From Callorhinchus milii (taxonomy: Eukaryota), in assembly GCF_018977255.1 (NCBI RefSeq), contig NW_024704743.1, positions 55,182,001-55,246,000 of the forward strand: 64,000 nt of DNA, read 5' to 3'. Shown one piece after another: positions 13,031 through 24,659 of the stretch. Under the pieces are notes generated by a model. The model was not told the origin of the DNA and ran no database searches. It was given only the letters and a program-made list of their open reading frames with translations. Made by a program: the position numbers and the translations under genes. Each line of letters opens with the position of its first letter. Positions within the stretch are counted from its first letter, which is position 1.

Positions 13031-15549
13031 AACCACAAAGGAATGTAGAAAATTATTTTGTTTTTTGTGGTTTTGCTGGAAATGTTCATTCAATTCTTGG
13101 CTTAATTTCTGAAGTCTATTATGGAAATAAAGCTCAATGAATCACTTGAAATGGCATCCATTGAAGATGCAAAAAGGGAAGGAGGGAGTAAAATGCTTTG
13201 ATCATACATTCAAAGCGTATTTTAAAAAATATTAAACATCAAATATGTTACTTTTTCCAAGTAACTACATTGTGTGTCATTTGCTAAAAATAGTGATCTT
13301 CTCACTATTTCACCATAATGGAAAATACCGTTATATAGACAAGCTGGAAATGAAAAGATCCTTGTTACTGACAGAGGAGTAAAAAGCGTGGAAAACAGAA
13401 GGAAGCTTGTAAAGAAGCTTAAATTTAACCAAGTTGAATATGAAGGGATGTCTGAATTCATTAAAAGAGTAGGTATTATTAAAAGGAAAAAGAATAGGCA
13501 ATAGAAGTTAGAATTTTTTTAAGATGCAAAATAAATTTAGCTTTAAGATATGTTTCAGGTGGAATCGATTTACATCTAATTGCAAATGTATAATCTACAG
13601 GCCGTTCAGCCCAACTAATCTGTGCCAGTGTTTGTACTACACATTAGCCTTCATCCATTCTAATTCCCCCATTTTAAAATTCCACCCATTATCCTCTATT
13701 GCCTCTCCTTCATGTATGTAGAGTAAGAAAATAGGAACTGGAATGTACTGAATAGAAATGTGGTATGAAAAGAGGAGCTGTCATCAGCAGTGGATTCACG
13801 ATTGTTAAATTTAGAGATAAATACATCAAAGTAATCTTGCGGGAAACTGGACATGTAGATTAGGTGCACCAACTGATAGTCTACTCCTGCCTTCGATTAT
13901 TACTATTTTGCTATGTAAAAGACTTCAGGAAATATTGAACTTATTTTCTAGGCTAACTTTGTAAGGATTGTAAAGTCAAAATGCTTGGTTTCTATGGAGA
14001 AGTTTAAAGCAAAGTTTATACAATAGAAATTATATAGCATTGCACACTTGAAATTATAGAGTTTATTTTGAAAAAGTCCACATGATTGTTTGCATTGTAC
14101 AGGATGACAATAAATCATTAACATTTTGTACATTTTGAAGCAAATTATTTTGTACTGTAATATTGACTTGTGTTGAAGTAATACAGTACAGTGCATAAGA
14201 CATTTATCTAAACATTTCACTTAATTGAATAAGCATGTTTCCAGACATGCTTGGATAAATTAAAAACAAGTCCTTTGCATCTCTCTGAACTTTTCCTTTT
14301 GTGAGAGGAATCTTAACTTTGGTTTAAAAGTTTTAAAAAACTTCTAAATGAACAGTTTACAGTATTTCAATATTGTCTGATAATGAGAAAATATCACTGC
14401 ATTACCCACAAGTCACATTCTTGTAGTTACAAAACCTCCCAAGTCTATTTTTACACTGCTTCTTAGAACCATAGAAATGCACAACACAGAAGAAGGCTAT
14501 TTGGCCAATTGTTTCTTTGTTAACTCTTTGAAAGAACAATCCATTCAGTCCCAATTGCACTTATTAAACCCTTAAATGTATAAGTGCATGCCATTGCCAT
14601 TGCATCATTTTGTATGACATTAATTTTTATTAGCAGTTAAATCAGAAATAGCATCATGCTATTTTATTAATAATAATCCTTACATTTGGTATAGCACTTT
14701 TCACATTGAGAAGATGTCCCCAAACGCTTCATAAAATATTCTATAAATCTCAGGGCTTGTTAACATACACATGTTTTGTTCATGTGAAGCTGCTCTCAAT
14801 ACAATATATTGTGCAATATATACAGCCAGACTTGATCTGGTATTGCTAAGAATCCTATTGGAGAAACAGTTGGTTTGCGAGTGTATTTCTTCAATGGAGC
14901 AACAAAGCAGAAGATAGCCAGAAGGCTTCATTGACAGCCTTCTGGCAGTGTAGGGCAAGGCATATGATGGAGATGCTGTACAGGGAGAAACTCTCCTTTG
15001 TGTACATACCAGAGGGGTAATGCCTGAGGGGATCTGGCTCAGCAGGGCTGCGTTGCTGAAAAGCAAGACTGCAGCAATTACAGAGCTTCTATTCGCTCTG
15101 AAGGCAACCCAGACACTCCATTTATATGCTTCCATTTATATGCCAGGCTCTTTTAAGTGTATTGCTGGTGACATGAATGACACACCTCAACCTTGTGACC
15201 AAAACAATTACTAGACAAAATCTGCAGAAAGATTGTATTTTTTGAGGAATAAAAGGAAGCAGAGGAAAAGGCTGCATGCCTGCATCTATAACTTAGGAGA
15301 TACTGTATACCAATGGTTTAAGCCAAAAAAAAATTGCATCCATGTGGTTATATGTGCTCTATATCACAATTCTCATTGACTACCTTACTAGAAATAATTC
15401 TATTTGTTAAATAATTATATCAAAAGCGACCTGCATAAAAAAGCGTCTAAAATCGGTCAAACATAAAAATGCTAACTAATTAATGACTGCACTAGGCATC
15501 CTATCTATTGAGTGTGTTTAACAAATTGAGAATGGGACATTAATCTCGA

Positions 15550-16530
15550 TCATCATAGAATCATAAAATAATCCAGCAGAGAAGAATGCCATTCAGCCCA
15601 TCGTACCTGTGCTGGCTCTTTGGAAGAGCTACCCAATCAATCCCACTCCCCTGCTATTTCCCCATATCTTCGCAATTTTTTCCCTTTCAAGTACTTGTTC
15701 CAATTGCTTTTTGACAGTTGTTATTGAATCTGTCTCCACCACCCTTTCAGGCAGTGCATTCCAGACCGTAACAACTCTCTGTGTAAAAAATTTCTCCGCA
15801 TCTCCCCTCTGGTTCTTTTGCCAGTTATCTTAAATCAATGTCCCCTGATTACCGATCCACCTGCCATTGGAAACTATTTATCCCTATCTACTCTATCAAA
15901 ACCCCTCATAATTTTGAACACTTCTATTAAATGTCCCCTTAACCTTCTCTGCTCTAAGGAGAACAATCCCAGCTTCTCTTATCTCTCCACATAACTAAAG
16001 TCCCTCAACCCCTTTCATTCTGGTAACATTCTGGTAAATCTGCTCTGCACTCAATCTAAGGTCTTGATATCCTTCCTATATGTGTTGCTCAGAATTGGAC
16101 ACAATACTCCAGCTGAGGCCTAACCAGTGACTTATAAAGGTTTAGCAGAATTTCCTTGCTTTTGTACTCTATGTCTCTATTTATAAATTTTTAACAGCTT
16201 TATCAACCTGTCCTGCCACCTTCAAAGACCTGTGTATGTGAACCCCCAGGTCTCTCTGTTCCTGTATCTCATTTAAAACTACAATTTAGTGTATATTGCT
16301 CTCCACATTCTTCCTCTCAAAATGCATCATGTCATACTTCTCTGCATTAAACTTCAACTGCCATGTGTCTGCCCATTTCAACAGTCTGTCTATGTCCTCC
16401 TGCAGTGTGCCATCATCCTCCTCACTGTTTATTATGCTCCCAAGTGTTGTGTCATCTGCAAACTTTAAAAATTTGCTCTCTATATCCAAGTGCAAATCAT
16501 TTACATATATCAAAAAGAGCAGGATTAAAA
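15550..16530 (-). mobile_element. CR1 LINE 3' part (RT C-terminal half plus tail)
   Basis: Minus-strand ORF reads LFLIYVNDL...KFADDTTLG...LQEDIDRLLKWADTWQLKFNAEK. The tail catagaatcataaaat is at about 15555. Confidence 0.95.
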
Positions 16531-17859
16531 GATAATATTTGTACACAAACATCACAACATTATGAAGTAAAATGTATCTTGAAGTATGAAGTAAAATGTA
16601 TCTTGGCACACTGCACCTTGCTAAGCCAGTTATGAAACACTTTCTAGTCTTTGATATCTGGATTAAATAGTAATGAGTTGTAATTACGCATTTTATTCTT
16701 TCCAAGATACAAAATAAGAGTTTGCAAACTTATATGTAAGTATTACACTCCGAGTAATCTTTGTATTGCTTGAATTGCTACTCACGCAAGACTCTTGACC
16801 ACAATGGCATATTTCGTGCAAAAATATTAAAAAAATATAAAAAGGAAATTGAAGAACAATTAAATGGGAGGGTACAGCCAAACTGTTAGAGAGAGTAAAT
16901 ATTCTCAAAATAGCTACTGAAAGGTGGGAATAATGTAATTTTCAAAAAAAACTATTATATTGTTGCAGGGTTGAGTCAAATTATTTTCTATGAAATTAAA
17001 CAATTATATTTATGCAATGCCTTTCATGTAAAACAATATATCAAAACATTTGACAAATATAAGGCGAGAAATACGTTGAATCACATAGACTGTACAGCAT
17101 TGAAACATGTGGCCCAACTTGTCCTCGTCAATGCTTATGCTATAATAATAATAAAATTATAATCCTTGCATTTGATATAGCGCCTTATCACGTCTTCGAG
17201 ACGTCTCAAAGCGCTTCATAGAATATACTGTAAAGTGAATTGACTGGATATTTTGTGGTACTCAATCCCTCCTAATATTATCTCCCTAATCCTTTCTTCC
17301 CTTCTCCCTATCTTGATCTAAATCTCAGTCCATCATCAGCAGGTGGGCTTTCAGCGATTCTGCTCCCACTCACATATATTATATGTTGAATAGGGTTTAT
17401 CTTCCAGGTGATTGTAAACCTTTCCCTGGCTGCTAATCAAATGCAAAATGGATGTTGTACAAAAATATGAAGTTTGGGGAATTATTTGCCTATCTGAATC
17501 AACGATCTTATGTTTATTTGAGTGGAAAAAGCTTTTAATACAGTGAAATCTCTCAATTTGCTCCTTATTGGGGTCAGAAGCAATCTAATCAAGAGCCTTA
17601 CAGTGTAGGAATGAATTATGTTTGACTCTCTGAAGAGCAGTGTGTCTGAAGGTTTATTTTGAGCAAGAAGATCATTGTGAGATAGAGATCTGTGAATTCA
17701 TAACTCCAAATCTGAACTCTGTTCCTGTCAATCTCATTGCTTTAGCCGTGGCAGTGAAAGATAGAGAAAGATAACCTTAAATTGGTTTGTCACAGGATCC
17801 TTCTGCAGGATATTACATTTTACATGGAGTACATTATGTTATTGTATTCAGGTACTGAT

Positions 17860-17976
17860 AGTGGCTTTTGAACAGGTGGATGGCAATGGGCAGCCTTGCC
17901 TTACCCCCCTTTCCAGAGGAATTAGCTCAGTGATAAAATCTTGGATTTTATCCGGAATGTGTATTCCAGCTCCACG

Positions 17977-18017
<41 letters not shown>

Positions 18018-18300
18018 CCTTGCATTTGATATAGCGCTTTTCACGTCGGAAGGACGTCCCAAAGCGCTTCACAGAACACACTGTAAAGTGAATTGACTGT
18101 AAATTTGTGGGCGAACGCGGCAGCCAATTGCGCACAGCAACGTCCCACAAACAGTCGTAGATTGAAAATGCCAATTTTATTATTGTTTTTGGTTTTGGAG
18201 GGATTATTACACGATCTGTGTAAGGGTCGACAGTGGACTTACTGAACCCATTTTGTACAAAGCTCAGGAGTTATCAACTGTGACATCTCCTGGACTGGAA
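17860..18300 (-). mobile_element. Tx1/L1-like RT fossil split by a SINE
   Basis: KIQDFITELIPLERGVRQGCPL lies at about 17890-17955. A frameshifted ALYKMG(F)SKSTVD lies on the other side of the SINE. Confidence 0.6.
17978..18209 (-). mobile_element. Young 5'-truncated Deu-SINE with long (TTA)n tail; target duplication cacgat
   Basis: CpG-rich body with a pure (taa)n run at 17978-18017. cacgat lies on both sides. Confidence 0.9.
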
Positions 18301-18377
18301 TCTCCAACATCCATATTGTGATAATTATCACATTGGTGATGATTAGCACATCACGGAGGAGAAATTATAATTGTAAT

Positions 18378-18768
18378 CTTATTATTTAAAAAGCGCCTTT
18401 CATGTTGGGAGTACATCTGCTTCACTAGAATTATGACTGGATAGTGACTGGTTATTTGTAGGTGAACGTGACATTGAATTTGGATACAGCCATGTCTTAC
18501 AAACAGCCATGAAGCCAATGGCCAAGTTTATCTGGAGGATTGTTTGCTAGAACACTGGGAGAAATTCCTTCTCTTTTAGAGTAGTGCCAATGTCCTCAGT
18601 TTAATGTCTCATCCGAAGGACAGTAACTCTTGACAATGCATCACACCACCAGCACCTCATTGGAGTGTCAGCCTAGTTTATGTGAGTTCAAAGTCCCAAA
18701 ATGGGGCTTGAACCCACAACTTTATAACTCAGATGCAAGAGTGCTACTAACGGAGCCAGGCTGACAAC
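18378..18768 (-). mobile_element. Near full-length SacSINE1-like Deu-SINE with tRNA-derived head
   Basis: Minus-strand head tgtcagcctggctccgttagtagcactc...gggttcaagcccc (A/B-box-like), then Deu body and L2-type tail. Confidence 0.85.
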
Positions 18769-20244
18769 TTTAAGAGGCTGTTCTGCAATTAAGTCCATAA
18801 GGGTACTTGATCAATTGTAGAACATAGTTTGACCATGAGTTTTCTGGATAGATTTGATTGTGCCTTATTACATCAAACAGAGAAAGTGTGCAAAGCCTTG
18901 CATAACTGGGTACTAATGAGAGGTGGTAACTTTCAGGGAGATTGATGAGAAGTGAATGTGTGGAATGGAAGTTGAGGAGCTCTAACAATCTGCCCAGAGG
19001 GCAGTGCCTTGTCGTTGGCAAACATTGTGCACAAACATGCAATTTGGAAAGTTCAGCGGATCAAACACGCACTTGTGTTAAAGTGACAAACTGTCCTTTT
19101 TTGCTGTTTACTGAAATGATAATGTTCATAATGATGTCCCCTAAATGTAAATGAAAATGTATTAACTTGTGTATTGTGAAATCACCACAATTGTATAAAA
19201 CATGCCCTCAACATCCAACTAAACCATGTGACAATAAATGTTTCCTTACAGTTCACTTCCTGAACATGTGTTGTAATTTGAGGTTTTAGAAAATTATTTT
19301 GTATAAAAAATGTACATTTTTCCACATGATTCTTTTGCACACCTTAATAACTGAGTCACGGTTGTCTGTGATTGATCTATGCAGGGACCCAATATGGAGA
19401 CTGAAATTCCACCTTGGTTTATCCTGAAAGATTATTTTATCTTAAAATGTTATCACGTAGAATTGTGGATGATTTTTAAATATAGTTTTAATTTAGAAGC
19501 TATACATATAAAATCGTATATTCCTCAGCATGTGGCCCTCTTTTGAGCTTTAGCTCATCTAATTGTTGTTTGTAGCTCAATCTTCTAACATTGGAGTTCA
19601 TCCTTATTGCTCTCCACTGCCTCTAGTTCAAGACATTTATAATTTTTTGTGGTGTATATGGTGATTATTGCTAGTGATAATTATCACATTGAATATTGCA
19701 TTTTCACCCATGGTTATAGTACGTTGTATTTTATCAGCAATCCTGTCATCTAAATGGTCTATTTTGTAGGAGATTGGATTTGAGAGAGAGCAAAGTATAC
19801 GTTGTTTGGACTGACATATCTATCTTCATATAACTCTTTAACCTTGGTATTCAAGCTTGGGGAGTATAGGATAATTTGCATTGGTCTAACAATTGCATAG
19901 ATTGGATACAAACTGTGTGGGATAATTGGCCTTTAAAAGCTCCAGAGGAGGCAAAATGTAATTATTTTTTGTATATGGTGGGAACTGTTTAATGCCACTG
20001 CTTTGTGAGTTTGGGGAATGAGTCCCAAACTTTACAGACCTTTTCCATGACCTCCAGCACTCTCAGAACTCACGCTCTGCCAATCTGAGCTTCCTGCTTC
20101 TTTGTGACATACAGTAATTGCCATTTTCCAAACAGCTTCAGTGGCATAAACCCCACACAGTGACATATGGGGGTCAAGTGCCTCATTTCCTGCTTTTTAG
20201 GTTCTTCACTTCTGACCACTGCAGCTGTGCGATGTTTTTTTTAA

Positions 20245-20900
20245 CATTCTGTCGGCCGTAGGTTAAAATGACACATATCAGGATACTCAGCATTCACAGC
20301 TGGACGACAAGGATATGATGCATTCTACCGTGAGTGCCTTAATGCCTCATTCTCAAATGCTATATACCTCTCCAAATATTCCTTTAGATGGCAAAGGATT
20401 CAAAAATAAATGTAACCGTTTACTTCCGATAAAACGTCTGATTATGGTTGGGTATGTCCCCATTTATAAGGCAAAGATCATACCACCTTCCTCGTATATC
20501 TGGAGAAAACTGACAGGCAGAGGATATGCGTAGGAGGCATCTGGCGTGAGCTTGAACAAACCTATAATCATGGACACTTGCAGTTCAATAGGTCACAATA
20601 GGCTGCAGATGCTACACATCAAGCACCTTATTTATGACTTCCATATTTCAAATATTTCAAATTTACACTCCAGGCAAGAAATCCATCTGTTTATGTTAAA
20701 GAACAATAGGTGTACACTATTTGGACAGCTAAAATTAAAGCATGATCCACTGACAACACAATGCAGACCTTCTACTTGTAACTTGCCTTAGGCAGAGCCA
20801 GATTTGGAAAAAGATTTTCATGTGTTAATATGCAAAGAAGAATATTTTTTTTCAGTGCTTAGGGCACAAGCATTCATATGTTACTTCTAGATGATGTAAA
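20245..20900 (+). pseudogene. Possible decayed tyrosine-recombinase (Crypton-like) coding fossil
   Basis: Broken frames read FTAGRQGYDAFYRECLNASF, FLVYLEK, RTIGVHYLDS and QCLGHKHSYVTSR*, in the expected order. Resemblance judged by eye only. Confidence 0.3.
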
Positions 20901-21539
20901 GCGAGACATATTCTGTAAAAACAATATTCATGCACCAAATGAGCGATCAAAACCTCTTACAATAAACCTGTGTGTGAATTGACAAATATGTAATTGCCTT
21001 GAGAGCTTCAAATAAAATCATTCAGACAGCAGAAAGATCTAGCCATTTTTATTACATTCTAACGGAATCACATTATGCATTATGAAGAAATATTGCCTGA
21101 AACTGAAACTCAGGTTTAGTTATATTTTGGTGAAGCAAAGGTGTGGTTCACATGCAGTTAATTTTACATCCACTTTTACATGGTTACTTGTTTGCTCAAC
21201 AGGCTGGTGATTCTATTGCCATACATATTGCTAGTTGTCCTTGACTGTTGCAATTATAAGCTGATGTGACTTGGCAAGTCCTAGCTGTGCAAAGGAAATG
21301 AAACATCTTTGCAGTTTGCTTATGGATTGCTTAGAATAAGTGGAGGTTTTTGGAATATTCGCAGCTTCACCCAAAAATATCGGAGGAAACTTCCATGCTG
21401 TTTAAATTACAACCTGTTTTTTTTCCCCATCATCGGTAGGTGACCCACTCTAACCCTCTTCTCTGGAACTCTATCCCAAAGTCCGTCCTCCTTGCACTCT
21501 CCAACTTCGGCATTAAAACCCACCTTAAGACTTATCTTA

Positions 21540-23540
21540 ACCTACCCATACCGGCAGATCTGGCTGGACCATATCAAAACGTACTGCTCCCCCCTCACCT
21601 CCGCCAAATCATCCTTCTACTCTAAGATAATCTCCTATTCTCCACCACCAACCAGCTCCTCTGTCCACCCTCCCAAGCCTCGTCGTTCTCTCCTCAAACT
21701 CTGACTGTGAAGAGATGCTGGATTTCCTTGAGTCCAAAATCAAAGGGATCTGTTCAGCTGTCTCCGGCCTCCCAACCGCCACTCCCTCCCCATCTCCCCC
21801 CAACACTCTGACCCCTACCTATCCCTCTCTCCGCATCCTCAAACCTGTCTCCCTCTTTTCTTTTAGATTCATAGAATGTTACGGCACAGAAGGAGGCCTT
21901 CTCTCCCCTCACCACCATATCCAGCATGAAACACACCACCTGCTCCCTTGACCCCATCCCCACCCATCTCCTTACCTCCCAGCTCCACCTGCTCTCCGAC
22001 ACCATCAATCAACATCAAACGACATCCTGTCCATCTGTGATCAGGGCTCCCTCTTCCTCCTCATCCTCCTCGACCTGTCTGCTACCTTCGATACCATGGA
22101 CCACTCCATCCTCCTCCACCGCCTCTCCTCTCTCCTCAAACTTCAAGGTTCTGTCCTTGAATTGTTCAGGTCTTATCTCACACACCATCTCCAATTTATC
22201 TCCGCTAACGGTTTCTCTTCCGGCCCCCACCTAATCCTGTTTGGTGTTCTTTGGGGCTCTGTCCTCGGTCCCCTCTTTTTCAACCTCCACATGCTCCCTC
22301 TTGGTGACATCATCCGCAGACATGGGGTCAACTTCCACATGTACGCAGGTGACATCCAACTCTAGCTCTCTGCCTCCACCCTCAATTCCAGGACAACTGC
22401 TGTCCTGACAACTGACATGTCTGTCAGACATCAAGTCTTGGATGAGAGCTAACTTTCTGCAGCTGTATGTCAGCAAGACTGAGCTCTCCTGATTGGCTCA
22501 CATCAGCGCCTCCACACCTCAGGCACTGACAGTAATAGCATCAATGGTTGCACACTCCACCTCACCAAGCCAGTCAAGAACCTGGGCATCTTCTTCGACC
22601 CTCAACTGTCCTTTCTCCCCCATATCTGTGCCATGATCCGCTCTTCCTTCCCCCATCTCCGCAACATCGCCCGAGACTCCGCCATTGCTTCACCCCTCAG
22701 ACCACCGAAATCCTCATTTACGCATTCGTTACCTCAAGGCTCGACTACGGAAACTCCCTCCTTATCGGCCTCCCCAACTCTTCCCTCCACAAGCTGCAGA
22801 TCATCCAGAACTCTGCAGCTCATATCCTCTCCCGTACCAGGTTCTGTGACCCCATCACCCTCGCCCGGCTCCACTGACTCCCCAACCTTCAGAGGATAGA
22901 ATTCAAAATCCTTGTTCTCACTTTCAACAACAAGAACAACAACAAAATTACATTTATAGTGCGCCTTTCACGTTAGGAGGACGTCCCAAAGCGCTGAACA
23001 GTTAGATGTCGGGGCCCGAGAATGGGGGAGGGGTGGTTTAGGGGTGAGGGAAGGCAGAGAGGTAGGAGGGAGACCAAAGGCACGGTCGAAGAGAAGGCCC
23101 TTTCAAGGCCCTATTGGGGGTGGGGGAGGACATGAAGCAAGTTGGTGTTTGGCCCTTCACGGCCTTGCCCTCTCCTATCTCTCTGACCTGCTAACCCCCT
23201 ATCAACCTGTCCGTTCCCTCTGTTCAGCAGGCTCCGGCCTTCTCCATGTCTCCTGCCTGACCCGCCCTACCATCGGCGGCCAGGCTTTCAGTCTCTCTGC
23301 CCCCACCCTTTGGAACTCCATCCCACAGTCCCTTCACCTTGCTCCCTCTCTTGCCTCCTTCAAGGCATGACTTAAGACCCTCCTTTTCGACTGTGCCTTC
23401 AGCCGCTCTCCTGGCTCTCTGCCCTCCCTCATCCCAACTTTGTCCTCCCATGCTCGGTCCTGATCCCTGACTGTTCAGCACCTTGGGAGGTCCTCACGGC
23501 GTGAAAGTTGCTTTAGAAATGTAATTGTGTTGTTATTGTA
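21540..23540 (+). mobile_element. L2 (internally deleted) carrying a CR1 tip (about 21865-21898), an antisense L2 tail (22928-23099) and a 38-bp insert (23113-23150)
   Basis: Translates as TTCSLDPIPT, MDHSILLHRL, GSVLGPLFF, YAGDIQL and SRLDYGNSLL. The tail reads gtaattgtgttgtt. Confidence 0.92.
22928..23099 (-). mobile_element. L2 3' tail nested in L2; target duplication ctttcaa
   Basis: ctttcaa occurs at 22921-22927 and 23100-23106. Confidence 0.9.
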
Positions 23541-24659
23541 TTTATTTAACCATTCTTTTGGCCACCTTTCCCATTCCTCCTCAGCTTCCCCCTACCCCCA
23601 GGTTCAGCATTCAGTCGATTGCTTGAAACGCTTTGAGGCATCCTTCCAACATGAAAAGACGCTATATGAATGTAAATTGTTGTTCAATGATTTTGAGAGG
23701 TTTGGACTATATTAAGCTAATCTCCCACTCCACTTCCTCAGAGAAGAAGCACAGATGTTCATTCTGACTGGCCTTACTAGTCTCTAGGCGAATCCATCTG
23801 GTTCAAAATTGCTTCATGTTAGGATGGGTCTCCATGTGCAGCATCAATTGACTATTTGATGTGGTTCATTGCTCTGGCAACTGAATCCCGCTCCTCCATA
23901 TTCTCTTTGAATGTAGAGGACACATTTATGTCAGCAGAATGTATGTTTTCTCAACCTTTTCCAAATCCAAACCCAGAGCCTGGGTTCAAATGGTATCCCT
24001 GAATCTCATTCTTACCTGAAATTCCTAGGACCATACACTGTTCAACTTGTCTTTAACCTGGGTTAATATGTACCCTGACCCAGTTCTCATGCTCAACTTG
24101 AGTTTCTTTCCAAGGTTTGATCTTAGTGTTGTTCTCGCTGCTCTATTGCCGATGCCTTTGCCGAGGAGGGTCTGTTGTTGCTGAGACTGCGCTCTGCCAA
24201 AGCTGAGACATTTGAAAAATGATTACTTCAAAACTGTAATAATGCTAAAGCATTGGTTGTCTCAGTGCTGGCTCAAATTAACAATAAGTTTTATAGTGTA
24301 AACAATATAAGATTTCTTTGTCACTGCAAAATTCTAGGCCTTGAATTAATTAGTTGTAATTTAATATATTTTTAGGAATATGCACATCGTCAGTATTTGC
24401 TGCTCACTAATTTTAAACTATTTGTATGTCGGGGAATATTAGACTCTCTGTTTACAGTAACCTTTCTGAATGATGCCAGTTTTCCACTACATCCCACATT
24501 ACGGTTAACCACAGAATTTCGCTCCTCTGAACTGTTGAATGTCAAAATGTTTTATGCTTGAATCGTTGGCAAATATCATTGCTCTGCACAATACAATAGT
24601 TTATTCTTGGTTAGTGGTTTTGTAAAATAACAACAAAAACATGCACTTTTATTGCAATA

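Noticed and set aside
14701..15135. 144-aa minus-strand ORF
   Set aside because: No recognisable domain, and it ends inside a SINE tail.
16561..16605. 24-bp tandem duplication (tatgaagtaaaatgtatcttg x2)
   Set aside because: Real but an ordinary slippage duplication.
21341..21395. Small imperfect palindrome (also about 60733-60852 and 1-127)
   Set aside because: Probably MITE debris; arms too degenerate to define.
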